From the NCBI GenBank assembly GCA_035513345.1, contig DATKCF010000172.1:24043-88042 (forward strand): a stretch of 64,000 nt of DNA. The letters run 5' to 3'. The stretch comes from Longimicrobiales bacterium (GTDB taxonomy: Bacteria > Gemmatimonadota > Gemmatimonadetes > Longimicrobiales > RSA9). The translations under genes and the position numbers were made by a program. The notes under the pieces are model-generated. The model was not told where the DNA came from. It ran no database searches and was given only the letters and a program-made list of their open reading frames with translations. This document shows, one piece after another, positions 19,024 to 28,681 of the stretch (position 1 is the first letter of the stretch; the number at the start of each line of letters is the position of its first letter).

Positions 19024-20901
19024 TCAGTCGTCGGAAGATACCAGCCGGGTGCGCGATTCGCCCGGCAGCATGAACGCGGCGACGCCGGCCAGCCCCAGAC
19101 CGTCAGTCCACCAGCCAGGGAAGATCAGCAGGAACGCCGCAACCGCGAGTGCCAGCCGTTGCCATGCCGGCAGGCGCCGTCTGGCCTGTCCGATGATCGC
19201 CGCCGCGAGACCGGTCACGCCGACCAGCGCCGTCAGAACCGCCAGCCCGACCTGCACGGCCGATCCGACCAGCAACAGCGGCGGGCCGTACACGAACATG
19301 AACGGTACGATGAACCCGGTCGCCGCGAGCGCCATGGCGGTGCCTGCCGTGCGGACCGGCGGGGAGCCGGCAATGCCGGCCGCGGCGTACGCCGCGAGCG
19401 CTACGGGCGGCGTCACGTTCGAGATGCAGCCGAAGTAGAAGATGAAGAGGTGCGCGGCCAGCACGGGCACGCCCAGCGAAACGAGCGCGGGTGCGCCGAG
19501 CGCGGCCAGTACCACGTACGCGGCAGTCGTCGGCAGGCCCATGCCGAGCACGATCGAGCCGATCGCGGTCAGGCCGAGCGCGGCGAAGAGATTGCCGCCG
19601 GAAACCGTCACGATCAGGTCCGACATGCGCAACCCGATGCCGGTAAGTGAGGCGACACCGACCACGATACCCGCCGTCGCGCACGCCGCCGCCACCTGCA
19701 CCGTGCTGCCGGCACCGGCAAGCAGCGCCCTGCCGAGTCTGGCCGGATCCGGCCGCGTCTCGCGCCGCAGCATCGCTGTCGCAATCGCCGTCACGACCGC
19801 CCAGAACGCCGCTCGCATCGGGGACCGCCCCGCCGCCAGCAGGGCCACGACGACGCCGAGCGGCACGAGCAGGTGCAGCCGACGAACGACCGGCTCGACA
19901 GGAAGGTCGCCGCCCCGCGGCAGATTCATCTTCACCGCGCGGAACCGTATCGCCGCGAACAGCGCCGCGTAGTACAGCAGCGCGGGCACGACGGCGGCCA
20001 GCGCGACCTGCGCGTACGGTATGCCCGTCCACGTCGCGAGAATGAACGCGCCCGCGCCCATGACCGGCGGCGTGATCTGGCCGCCCGTGCTCGCTGCCGC
20101 TTCGATCGCCGCCGCAAACGATGGCTTGAACCCCGCCCGCTTCATCAGCGGGATCGTGAATGTGCCGGTCGTCACCACGTTCGCGACCGCACTGCCCGAC
20201 AGTGAGCCCATGAGCGCGCTCGCAACCGCCGCCGTCATCGCTGGCGCTCCGCGCATCCGGCCGGCCACCCGCGACGCGAGTGAAATCAGCAGCGCGCCGC
20301 CACCCGACATCTCGAGGATCGCGCCGAACAGCACGAACAGGTAGACGAAATCCGCCGAAACGCCGAGCGGAATGCCCCAGATGCCCTCGGCACTCAGGTA
20401 CAGGTGCTCGATGAGCCGGCGAGGCGAGTAGCCGCGGTGCGCCAGGAAACCCGGCATCCACGGCCCGGCCCACGCATACACCAGTGCGGACAGGGCAACG
20501 ACGACCAGGCCGGGTCCCGTCGCGCGTCTCGCCAGCTCCAGAACGACAATGATCGCGATCGCGCCCGCAACCAGATCGATCGAAGTCGCCGCCCCCGACC
20601 GCCGGACCAGCGATTCCTGCTCGATCGCGATGTACAGGAATGAGAATAGCGACGCGACGATCAGCGCCGCACGGACGAAACGGGCCGACGCGTGCACTGC
20701 CGCCGCGTCGTCGCCTTCGCCCAGACCCACCCGCCGTATCGTGCCGACGCCGAGGAACGCCAGCAATGCCATGAACAGCAGGTGGATCGGCCGCTGCACG
20801 AGAGCGGTGAACGGACTGACGCCCGCGGCCCACAGATGGAAACCGGCCGCGGCCGTCGCGATCACGACGGCGGCACGGCCGGCTGCTGTTCCCCGGATCA
20901 C
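19024..20901 (-). CDS. TRAP transporter fused (small+large) permease, TAXI-associated type
   Basis: 625-aa polytopic membrane protein directly upstream of the TAXI binding protein on the same strand. Confidence 0.85.
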   Translation of the reverse strand: MIRGTAAGRAAVVIATAAAGFHLWAAGVSPFTALVQRPIHLLFMALLAFLGVGTIRRVGLGEGDDAAAVHASARFVRAALIVASLFSFLYIAIEQESLVRRSGAATSIDLVAGAIAIIVVLELARRATGPGLVVVALSALVYAWAGPWMPGFLAHRGYSPRRLIEHLYLSAEGIWGIPLGVSADFVYLFVLFGAILEMSGGGALLISLASRVAGRMRGAPAMTAAVASALMGSLSGSAVANVVTTGTFTIPLMKRAGFKPSFAAAIEAAASTGGQITPPVMGAGAFILATWTGIPYAQVALAAVVPALLYYAALFAAIRFRAVKMNLPRGGDLPVEPVVRRLHLLVPLGVVVALLAAGRSPMRAAFWAVVTAIATAMLRRETRPDPARLGRALLAGAGSTVQVAAACATAGIVVGVASLTGIGLRMSDLIVTVSGGNLFAALGLTAIGSIVLGMGLPTTAAYVVLAALGAPALVSLGVPVLAAHLFIFYFGCISNVTPPVALAAYAAAGIAGSPPVRTAGTAMALAATGFIVPFMFVYGPPLLLVGSAVQVGLAVLTALVGVTGLAAAIIGQARRRLPAWQRLALAVAAFLLIFPGWWTDGLGLAGVAAFMLPGESRTRLVSSDD

Positions 20902-20925
20902 GACAGTGCGCCGTGTCGCCCCGGC

Positions 20926-21831
20926 TCAGCGGTTGCGCGGGTCGATCAGAAGGGGCATGCCGCCCTGCGTCGGGGCGATCACAAGCGACCCCTCCGGCAG
21001 CGTGCCGAGTGCCTCGATATAGCGAAGCATGAGGTACCGGTCCGTCAGATCGACATTGATGATCTTCTGCGCCTCCGCTATGCCCTTCGCTTCCTCGATC
21101 TTCTGTTGCGCGCGTTCCTGTATGATGTCGGTCTGGAACCGCTCCGCCGCCACCTGCTGCTCGCGCGCCAGCTTCTGCTCGATCGCATCCCTGACCGTCG
21201 GCGGTGCCACAATGTCGCGCACGAACACATCCAGCACCTCCATCCGGTCTCCCGCCTTGTCCTGGATCGCTGCCTTCATCGCCACAGCCAGATCACGCCG
21301 GTTCGGCGAGAACACCTCGTTGATCGATTTGGTCGCGATCGCGTCACGGACTCCGTTCCGCACCGCGTTCAGGACGATCCTGTTCTTGATTTCGGACTCC
21401 GAGCCCAGCCGCTGGTACAGCTCCGGCGCGCGCGCGCCGTCGATCCGGTAGAGGATCGCGACCTCGAGCGCCACCGTCAGCTGCTCGCTCGTCTGCGCGT
21501 CCATCCGCTCGACTATGCCATCGCTCGGAAAATGCTGTTCCTGGATCGACATCTGCTCGACGCTCGCGAGCGGATTGATGATGTGCACACCCTGCTCGTG
21601 CACGTCTGGCTTTACCTTCCCCAGAAAGTGCTCGATGCCGACCTGGCCGACATCGATCACGATGACCGTCGAAGCCAGCAGGATCGCGCCGCCCGCAACC
21701 GTCAGAATCCAGCCGCCCAGCCGGATCGCGGCCGGAGAAGTCCGCGTCCGCCCCGTCTGTAGCGATCGCGCCATCAGACGGATGCCCGTACCACCCAGTA
21801 TCATGAGAACGGCAAGCACGACTCCAGTCAT
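20926..21831 (-). CDS. SPFH/Band-7 (prohibitin/HflC-like) membrane protein
   Basis: N-terminal TM (MTGVVLAVLMILGG) followed by an SPFH core and a C-terminal coiled-coil (REQQVAAERFQTDIIQERAQQKIEEAKGIAEAQKI). AAGGAG 7 nt upstream of ATG 21831. Confidence 0.8.
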   Translation of the reverse strand: MTGVVLAVLMILGGTGIRLMARSLQTGRTRTSPAAIRLGGWILTVAGGAILLASTVIVIDVGQVGIEHFLGKVKPDVHEQGVHIINPLASVEQMSIQEQHFPSDGIVERMDAQTSEQLTVALEVAILYRIDGARAPELYQRLGSESEIKNRIVLNAVRNGVRDAIATKSINEVFSPNRRDLAVAMKAAIQDKAGDRMEVLDVFVRDIVAPPTVRDAIEQKLAREQQVAAERFQTDIIQERAQQKIEEAKGIAEAQKIINVDLTDRYLMLRYIEALGTLPEGSLVIAPTQGGMPLLIDPRNR

Positions 21832-22007
21832 CGGAGATCTCCTTGCGTTGGGGTCCCTTGCAGAGATGCGCGCGCCCGAAGGTAGACCGGCGATCGCTCC
21901 TGGGGCCAGCCCGCGGAAGCCGCGTGGCCCATGAGAGAATACGATCGCGAGACGCATCACCTTCGCCGGCCTTGCCACGGGACGCACGAAGGCGAACAAT
22001 CAGGGCC

Positions 22008-23351
22008 ATGCGAATCCTCATCATCGGCGCTGGCGAGGTCGGGTTCCACCTGGCCCAGCGGCTGTCCGAAGAGGGCCAGGACGTCGTCGTCGTCGAGTCC
22101 GACCCGGACCGTGCCGAACAGGTCGCGGGTCTCCTCGATGTCCTCACCATCACGGGTAACGGCGGATCGCTTGCCGTTCTCGAGGAAGCCGGTGTGAGGT
22201 CGGCACAGCTGCTGCTCGCCGTCACCAGCAGGGACGAAGTCAACGTGCTCGCCTGTCTGGCGGCGTCGCGTTACAAGGTCGAGTTCAAGGTCGCCCGCGT
22301 CAGCAACCCGCAGTACTACGAAGCCGGCAGCGTCCTCACTCGTGAGGAACTGGGCATAGATCTGCTGATCAATCCGGAGCGCGAGTGCGCCCACGAAACG
22401 TTTCAGCTTCTTGGCAGCGAGGCCGCGACGGACCTCGCCCAGTTCGCCGATGGAGCCGTCCAGCTCATCGGCCTTCGGGTACGTGAAGGCGCCGACGTCG
22501 CCGGCATCACGCTGGCGGAACTCGACAGCAAGCTGGTCGGACGACACTTCGTGACCGTCGCCATCGTTCGCAAGGGCGTTACCGAAGTGCCGAACGGCAG
22601 CAGCCGCATCGAGGCTGGCGACCAGATCTTCGTCCTCGCGCCAGCCGCTGAGATCAAGGACATCCCGACCATGGCGGGATACGACGATTTCCGGCTCAGG
22701 CGAGTCATGATCGCGGGCGGCTCCGAGGAAGCCGTCCACCTGGCCCGCCTTCTGATCGACAACGACGTGGGCTGCACCATCCTCGACCATGATCGCCGTC
22801 GCTGTCTTGAACTCGCCGGACTGCTGCCCCGCGCGCTGGTGCTCAATGCCGACGCGACCAACCTCGAGATCCTCGAGATGGAAGGCGTCGAGGGCATCGA
22901 CGGCTTCGTCGCATTCACCGGCAGCGATGAGACGAACATGCTCGTGAGCATGCTCGCCAAGGCGAGTGGCGCGCGGAGGGTCATCAATCTCGTGCACCGC
23001 TTCGAGTACATGCGCCTGGTCTCGCGTGTCGGCATCGATGCCGCCGTGTCCGCCAGGCAGTCCGCCGTCAACGCGATCCTCCGCTACGTCCGTCGCGGCG
23101 ACGTGAAGTCCGTCGTCACCCTCAAGGGCATCAGCGCCGAAGCACTCGAGCTGCAGGTACAGGATGGCGCTCTGGCCATCAACCGTCCGCTGGCCGAACT
23201 CGACTTCCCCGACGGCGCTGTGATCGGTGCCATCATTCGCAACGGCAGGGTCATCATGCCGCGTGGCCGTGACGCCGTTCGTCGCAATGATCGCGTTGTT
23301 GTCTTCGCGATGCCCGAAGCCATTCCACGGATCGAACGGCTCTTCGCGTGA
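22008..23351 (+). CDS. trkA: Trk potassium uptake system NAD-binding component
   Basis: MRILIIGAGEVGFHLAQRLSEEGQDVVVVESD plus a second Rossmann repeat (VMIAGGSEEAVHLARLL). Confidence 0.9.
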   Translation: MRILIIGAGEVGFHLAQRLSEEGQDVVVVESDPDRAEQVAGLLDVLTITGNGGSLAVLEEAGVRSAQLLLAVTSRDEVNVLACLAASRYKVEFKVARVSNPQYYEAGSVLTREELGIDLLINPERECAHETFQLLGSEAATDLAQFADGAVQLIGLRVREGADVAGITLAELDSKLVGRHFVTVAIVRKGVTEVPNGSSRIEAGDQIFVLAPAAEIKDIPTMAGYDDFRLRRVMIAGGSEEAVHLARLLIDNDVGCTILDHDRRRCLELAGLLPRALVLNADATNLEILEMEGVEGIDGFVAFTGSDETNMLVSMLAKASGARRVINLVHRFEYMRLVSRVGIDAAVSARQSAVNAILRYVRRGDVKSVVTLKGISAEALELQVQDGALAINRPLAELDFPDGAVIGAIIRNGRVIMPRGRDAVRRNDRVVVFAMPEAIPRIERLFA

Positions 23352-24802
23352 ACGCGCGACACCTGATCCACATCGTCAGCATCATCCTGCTCGCGCTGGC
23401 CATTGCGCTGGCCGTCACGAGCGCAGTGTCAGCGTACTATGGTGATGGCGACACGCTCGCCTTCATCATCTCGACCGTGGTCACCGGGCTTGCCGGATTC
23501 GTCGGGTACCGGCGCTCTTCGCTCGATCGCGACCTCTCAATCCGCGAAGGCTACGCCGTCGTCTCGCTTTCCTGGATCGCGATCGGCATATTCGGCGCGT
23601 TGCCATACCTGTTCACGGGCACTCTCGCTTCGCCCACCGCCGCACTCTTCGAATCCGTTTCCGGCTTCACGACTACAGGTGCCACGGTATTCGCCGAGAT
23701 CGAACCGCTGCCACACGGCATCCTCTTCTGGCGGTCGCTGACACAGTGGATCGGCGGCATGGGAATCATCGTGCTCGGCATCGCCATATTGCCGTTCCTC
23801 GGCGTCGGCGGCATGCAGCTGTTCCGCGCCGAAGTGCCTGGCCCCACGCCCGAACGTCTGCGACCCCGGATCACGCAGACCGCCAAACTCCTCTGGCTCG
23901 TCTACGCCGGCCTCACGATCGCCCAGGTCGTGCTGTACGTCCTCGGCGAAATGCACCCTTTCGAAGCTGTGCTGCACGCCTTCACGACACTCTCGACCGG
24001 CGGCTTCTCGCCGCGTACCGCTTCGATCGGCGCCTATGACTCCGCTTACATCGACTATGTCACCATCATTTTCATGTACCTCGCCGGCATCAACTTCACG
24101 CTCCACTTTCATGCGCTGACCGGCAAACCGAAGCGATACTTCCAGGACGTCGAGTGGCGCGTCTACTCCGCAACCGTCGTCGCCGCTACGCTGCTCGTGC
24201 TCCTGCCCTTCGCTCTCAATGGACACTACGCCGCCCTCGGTTCCGAGCGGGCCATCCGCGACAGCCTGTTCCAGGTCGTGTCCATCAGCACGACAACCGG
24301 CTTCATCACCGAGGATTACGGCCTCTGGCCTGAATCGACTCAGCTCGTGCTGCTCCTCCTGATGTTCATTGGCGGAATGGCCGGCTCGACCGCCGGCGGC
24401 ATGAAGGTCATCCGCGTCCATGCATTCATGCGACAGGGCATCACCGGACTCAAGCGCAGCCTGCACCCGCGCGCCGTGCTCGTCACCCGGGTCGGCCGGA
24501 AGGTGCTGCGCGACGATGACCTGCTCAACATCCTCGGTTTCATCCTGTTGTTCATGCTCTGCTTCGTCGCCGGCGCCCTCGCCCTCACTCTGCTCGGCAA
24601 CGACCTCATCACGTCACTCGGCGGCGCTGCCGCCGCCATCGGCAACATCGGCCCGGGCCTCGGCGCCGTCGGCGCGACCGGCAATTACGGCGGCCTGAAC
24701 GCGCCGACACAGATCGTCCTCATCTTCCTGATGCTGGTCGGCCGCCTCGAGATCTTCACGATACTGCTCCTCTTCCATCGGGATCTCTGGCGGCAACGCT
24801 AG
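23348..24802 (+). CDS. trkH: TrkH-family potassium uptake membrane protein
   Basis: Polytopic. Pore-loop-like motifs SGFTTTGATV, LSTGGFSP, STTTGF, GGMAGSTAGGMK. GTGA overlap with the trkA stop. Confidence 0.9.
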   Translation: MNARHLIHIVSIILLALAIALAVTSAVSAYYGDGDTLAFIISTVVTGLAGFVGYRRSSLDRDLSIREGYAVVSLSWIAIGIFGALPYLFTGTLASPTAALFESVSGFTTTGATVFAEIEPLPHGILFWRSLTQWIGGMGIIVLGIAILPFLGVGGMQLFRAEVPGPTPERLRPRITQTAKLLWLVYAGLTIAQVVLYVLGEMHPFEAVLHAFTTLSTGGFSPRTASIGAYDSAYIDYVTIIFMYLAGINFTLHFHALTGKPKRYFQDVEWRVYSATVVAATLLVLLPFALNGHYAALGSERAIRDSLFQVVSISTTTGFITEDYGLWPESTQLVLLLLMFIGGMAGSTAGGMKVIRVHAFMRQGITGLKRSLHPRAVLVTRVGRKVLRDDDLLNILGFILLFMLCFVAGALALTLLGNDLITSLGGAAAAIGNIGPGLGAVGATGNYGGLNAPTQIVLIFLMLVGRLEIFTILLLFHRDLWRQR

Positions 24803-24810
24803 CCGTGTCC

Positions 24811-24894
24811 CACGCGGACTCCTCCGCGTCAGGTGTTTCACGCGGACTCCTCCGCGCCAGGTGTTTCACGCGGACCCCTCCGCGCCAGGTGTTT
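24811..24894 (+). repeat. Three direct tandem copies of a 28-bp unit CACGCGGAC(T/C)CCTCCGCG(T/C)CAGGTGTTT, each with a CGCGGA/TCCGCG hairpin
   Basis: Units at 24811-24838, 24839-24866 and 24867-24894 were read directly. A fourth degenerate unit starts at 24895. The array begins 9 nt after the trkH stop. Confidence 0.9.
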
Positions 24895-25165
24895 CACGCT
24901 GCGGACGCAGTGGCAACGCAGGGGACGCTGAAGAACAGATATATTTTTCAGGGAGGCAACGTGCGCAGGGCACAGGGGTGAGGACCCGTTCCCGCCTGCG
25001 AGCACCCATCACGCTCAGCCCCTGACAGCCACCCATTCCGGACGGCGACAAGAACAATCAGATCTGTTCCACCCGCGCCCCCTGCGTGACCCCCGCGGCC
25101 CCTGCGTGAACCCCCCCGCGGCCCCTGCGCGAAACACCCTGCGGCCCTGCGTGAAACACCCTGCC
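24811..25165. mobile_element. MITE-like composite inverted-repeat element (putative, non-coding)
   Basis: The left array carries GGTGTTTCACGC. The right side (about 25074-25165) has 3-4 degenerate units CCGCGGCCCCTGCG(T/C)GAAACACCC, which are the inverse complement of the left motif. Inner inverted repeat GAACAGAT (24933-24940) / ATCTGTTC (25062-25069). It shares GTTTCACGC and ACGC(A/T)GGGGACGC motifs with the 43.5-kb repeats. Confidence 0.45.
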
Positions 25166-25341
25166 GAGACTGAGGCGCGAGAGGCGCCAGAGGCTGACCC
25201 CTGAGGGTTCAATCGTTCGAAAGCAGGCGAGCGAGCGGCCCACACCGTATATTTCGATCGATCCTCGGGAGACCGGCACTCCAGCACCCGCGATCGGCCG
25301 ATCTGCCCACGGACCCACAGCTCACCACGGATGAAGAGAAC

Positions 25342-28300
25342 ATGTCCGCTCCCCTCATGCGCATCGCGCTCGCGCTACTGCCGCTCGCCGTTCTCACTTC
25401 GCCTCTGCTCGCTCGCCTGCCGGCCGGTCTGCCGACGATGAGCCTGCCACCGACGGGCCTGTCGACAGAGGTCCGGCTCGTGCCCGTCGATGATGCCGTC
25501 CCGATCCGCTTCATGCGGGATCCTCACATCGCCGATGGCCGGATCGCGTTCTCGTGGCAGGGCGATATCTGGATCACGGACGCGAGCGGCGCGAACCCTC
25601 GTCGCCTGACCGCGCATCCCGGAAGGGACATCGAGCCGCGGTTCTCGCCGGACGGGCAGTGGATCGCATTCGCCAGTGATCGAATGGGCAACATGGACGT
25701 GTACGTCGTGCCGGTGACCGGTGGCGAACCCCGCCAGCTCACGTTCTTCACGGGCGGCGATGGCGTGCAGTACTGGACGCCCGACGGCCGCGGTATCGTG
25801 ATCACGACATCGCGCGGCTCGCACCCGTTCGGATCGCCGCTTCACATAGTGCCCGTTGATGGCGGCCTGCCCGTTCCCATGGACATGGATTTCGCGCGTG
25901 CCGGCATGATCCGCCAGGACGGCGGGGTCGTCGCGTTCAACCGCAACGGGATGAGCGAGACGCGCAAGGGCTATCGTGGCAACAGCAGCACGGACGTATG
26001 GGTGCAGGATCTGGTCACGAAGCAGATCACGCAACTCACGGACACGGACCTGTCGACGTTCCGCGAGCACGTTCAGGACGGCCGCCCGATGTGGGGCGCG
26101 GACGGCATGATCTACTACGTGTCAGAACGCAGCGGCATCTACAACATCTGGAAGATCGCTGCGACGGGCGGCGCGCCGGTCCAGGTCACTCGCCATGACG
26201 CGGGCGGCGTCAAGTATCCGTCGATCAGTCCGGACGGCCGTACGATCATCTACACGCAGGACTACGAGCTGTATACGCTTGACCTGCCGGACGGCCAGCC
26301 GCGAAAGATCGCCGTCGACCTCGCTGCCGACCCGACCGTCACGCGCTTCGAGATCGCCGCGACACAGAATCGGGCTGACGGCTTTTCGCCTTCACCCGAT
26401 GGCAGTCACCTCGCCGTCGACTACCGTGGCGATGTCTTCATCGTGCCGGCCGAGGAGGCCTTCGGCGAAAAGACGCAGGTCACACGGTCCGCGCGGCGCG
26501 ACCGATACCAGCGGTATTCGCCCGATGGCTCGAAGCTCGCCTTCGTGTCCGACGAGTCCGGCGACGAGGAGATCTGGGTCCTCGACATCGCCGAGGGCAC
26601 GCGCACCCGGCTTTCCGATCACCAGTCGCAGAAATCGGACTTCGTGTGGTCACCCGATGGTTCGCGCATCGCTTTCGCCGCGGCGAACCGCCTGTTCGAG
26701 ATCGACGTCGCCAGAGAGTCGCAGCGCGAACTCGCATACAACATTGCCGGCGGCTACGTCATTTCGGCGTATTCGCCCGATGGACAGTGGCTGGTCTACA
26801 ATCGCAGCGACGACGACCAGAACCTGGACGTCTACCTCTACGACATCGGGGCCGGCCGCGAGTACAATGTCAGCGACAACCCGTTCCGCGATTCCGGCGG
26901 TGAGCTGACGGTCGATGGCCGGACTCTCGTGTTCGCATCGAATCGCGATGACGGCACGAACCATCTCTTCGCCGTTTCGCTCGCACGGCTCGATGCGGAT
27001 CCGGATGACCCGCTCGTCCGCGCACGTACTCGCGCATCCACGGGCACGGGCGAAGGCCGTGGCGGCCGCGGCGGCGGCGAAGGCGAGGACACGCCGCAAC
27101 CATCGCCACTCAGTCTCGATGCCGACGGCATTGGCCGGCGAGCAATCCAGCTCACGACCGGCAGCAACGCCGCAGGCAGCTTCTTCCTCTCGCGAGACGG
27201 CCGCACCATCTATTTCACGTCCTCCGATGATGATGGACAGGGCCTCTTCGCCATCGGCATTGACGGCCGTGACCGCCGCAACATCGCGCGCGGCAATTTC
27301 GCCCAGCTCACGCCAACGCACGACCGTCGCTTCGTCTTCTACCGCCAGGGCGGCACTGCCGGCGGCGGCGGCCGCGGTGGTGGCGGTGGCGGCGGCGCCA
27401 ATGCCGACATCTTCCGCATGCCCATTTCCGGACAACGGCCCGCCCGCGTCACGTTCGACCTGGCAGTCGAAGTGGACCGCCGCGCCGAATGGGCACAGAT
27501 CTTCGATGAAGCATGGCGAGTCATGAAGTACAGGTTCTACGACGAGAACATGCACGGCAAGGACTGGGACGCGATACGCGCGCAGTACGAGCCGATGCTG
27601 AGCGATGTCGGCAGCTACGAGGACGTGTACGCACTCGCGAACCACATGATCGGCGAACTCAACGCATCCCATGTCGGCGTCAGCGGACCCGGCAACCTGT
27701 CGCAACCCAACCTCTTCAACAGCCGCTATCTCGGCTTCGAGATGGAACCGGCGGACGGTCGCTACCGCGTCAGCCACATCTATCGCGAGGGCCCTGCCGA
27801 CAAGGAGTGGCTCGACATCGAAACGGGTGATTTCATACTCGCGATCGATGGCAGCGAACTGCGCGAAGGCGACAATTACTGGAGCATACTCAACCGCGCG
27901 CTCAACGAATACGTGCCGGTCCGCGTCGCCGATGACGCGACCGGCCGCAACGAGCGGGTGCTGCGGATCCGTTCCCTCGAATCGATCACGAACGTGCGCT
28001 ACGAGGACTGGGTCGCGCGCAATCGGGAATACGTCGAGCAGCAGACGAACGGTGAGATCGCCTACGTCCACATCCGTGCGATGAACCAGCCGTCACTCGA
28101 ACGCTTCGAGAACGAGATCAACCGGTACTGGAACAGGAAGGGCATCGTCGTCGATATCCGATACAACGGCGGCGGCAACATCGACCAGCAGCTGATCGAT
28201 ATCCTCGAGCGTGAGCCGTACCAGTTCTGGAACAGCCGATGGGGCGCGCCCACATGGGGCCGCCGTCCTCGCCAGGCCATTGCCGGGCCCAAGGTCCTGC

Positions 28301-28674
28301 TCACCAACCACAGGTCGGGCTCCGACAGTGAAGTCACTCCGATGGGGTTCCGTCAGCTCGGCCTGGGCCGGATCGTCGGCAATCCGACCGCCGCGGCCGT
28401 CATTGCGACCGGCAGCTACAGCCTCATCAACGGCGGCTCGATCCGGACACCGGGATCGCTCGTCGTCACCTACGACCCCACAAAGCCGAACAACCACGGC
28501 ATCAACCTCGAGAACTACGGCGTCGAACCCGATGTGATGGTCGAGAACACGCCCGAGGATGAGCTGAACGGGTTCGACCGCGAACTCAAGACCGCGATCG
28601 ATGAGGTGCTCCGAATGCTGCGCGAAGGCAGGTGGCAGTACGTTTCCGATGATGGAGGTGCCGAGCGCCGGTAG
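25342..28674 (+). CDS. Tricorn-like protease (TolB/PD40 beta-propellers + PDZ + S41 peptidase core)
   Basis: 1110 aa. Repeated PD40-type motifs (PRFSPDGQWIAFASDR, PSISPDGRTIIY, YSPDGSKLAFVSDESG, WSPDGSRIAFA). C-terminal S41-like region with ELNASHVGV and NHRSGSDSEV. N-terminal signal peptide. Confidence 0.85.
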   Translation: MSAPLMRIALALLPLAVLTSPLLARLPAGLPTMSLPPTGLSTEVRLVPVDDAVPIRFMRDPHIADGRIAFSWQGDIWITDASGANPRRLTAHPGRDIEPRFSPDGQWIAFASDRMGNMDVYVVPVTGGEPRQLTFFTGGDGVQYWTPDGRGIVITTSRGSHPFGSPLHIVPVDGGLPVPMDMDFARAGMIRQDGGVVAFNRNGMSETRKGYRGNSSTDVWVQDLVTKQITQLTDTDLSTFREHVQDGRPMWGADGMIYYVSERSGIYNIWKIAATGGAPVQVTRHDAGGVKYPSISPDGRTIIYTQDYELYTLDLPDGQPRKIAVDLAADPTVTRFEIAATQNRADGFSPSPDGSHLAVDYRGDVFIVPAEEAFGEKTQVTRSARRDRYQRYSPDGSKLAFVSDESGDEEIWVLDIAEGTRTRLSDHQSQKSDFVWSPDGSRIAFAAANRLFEIDVARESQRELAYNIAGGYVISAYSPDGQWLVYNRSDDDQNLDVYLYDIGAGREYNVSDNPFRDSGGELTVDGRTLVFASNRDDGTNHLFAVSLARLDADPDDPLVRARTRASTGTGEGRGGRGGGEGEDTPQPSPLSLDADGIGRRAIQLTTGSNAAGSFFLSRDGRTIYFTSSDDDGQGLFAIGIDGRDRRNIARGNFAQLTPTHDRRFVFYRQGGTAGGGGRGGGGGGGANADIFRMPISGQRPARVTFDLAVEVDRRAEWAQIFDEAWRVMKYRFYDENMHGKDWDAIRAQYEPMLSDVGSYEDVYALANHMIGELNASHVGVSGPGNLSQPNLFNSRYLGFEMEPADGRYRVSHIYREGPADKEWLDIETGDFILAIDGSELREGDNYWSILNRALNEYVPVRVADDATGRNERVLRIRSLESITNVRYEDWVARNREYVEQQTNGEIAYVHIRAMNQPSLERFENEINRYWNRKGIVVDIRYNGGGNIDQQLIDILEREPYQFWNSRWGAPTWGRRPRQAIAGPKVLLTNHRSGSDSEVTPMGFRQLGLGRIVGNPTAAAVIATGSYSLINGGSIRTPGSLVVTYDPTKPNNHGINLENYGVEPDVMVENTPEDELNGFDRELKTAIDEVLRMLREGRWQYVSDDGGAERR

Positions 28675-28681
28675 CCATCAT

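Noticed and set aside
24811-24894. The 28-bp repeats as a possible CRISPR array
   Set aside because: The units are directly abutting with no spacers, there are only three full copies, and no cas genes are in the window.
25196-25225. GGGTTCAATCG resembling a tRNA T-arm
   Set aside because: There is no complementary stem after the TTCAATC loop and no acceptor or anticodon arms nearby. The same negative result applies to GGGTTCGAAAC near 34133.
26650-28071. 473-aa ORF antisense to the tricorn-like protease
   Set aside because: It lies opposite a gene with repeated PD40 and S41 motifs, and its composition is biased (Asp/Ala/Val/Arg). The same applies to 39450-40847, 21957-22997, 17979-19073, 16100-17140, 20692-21762, 30898-31977, 59976-60995 and the alternative same-strand frame 19103-20833.
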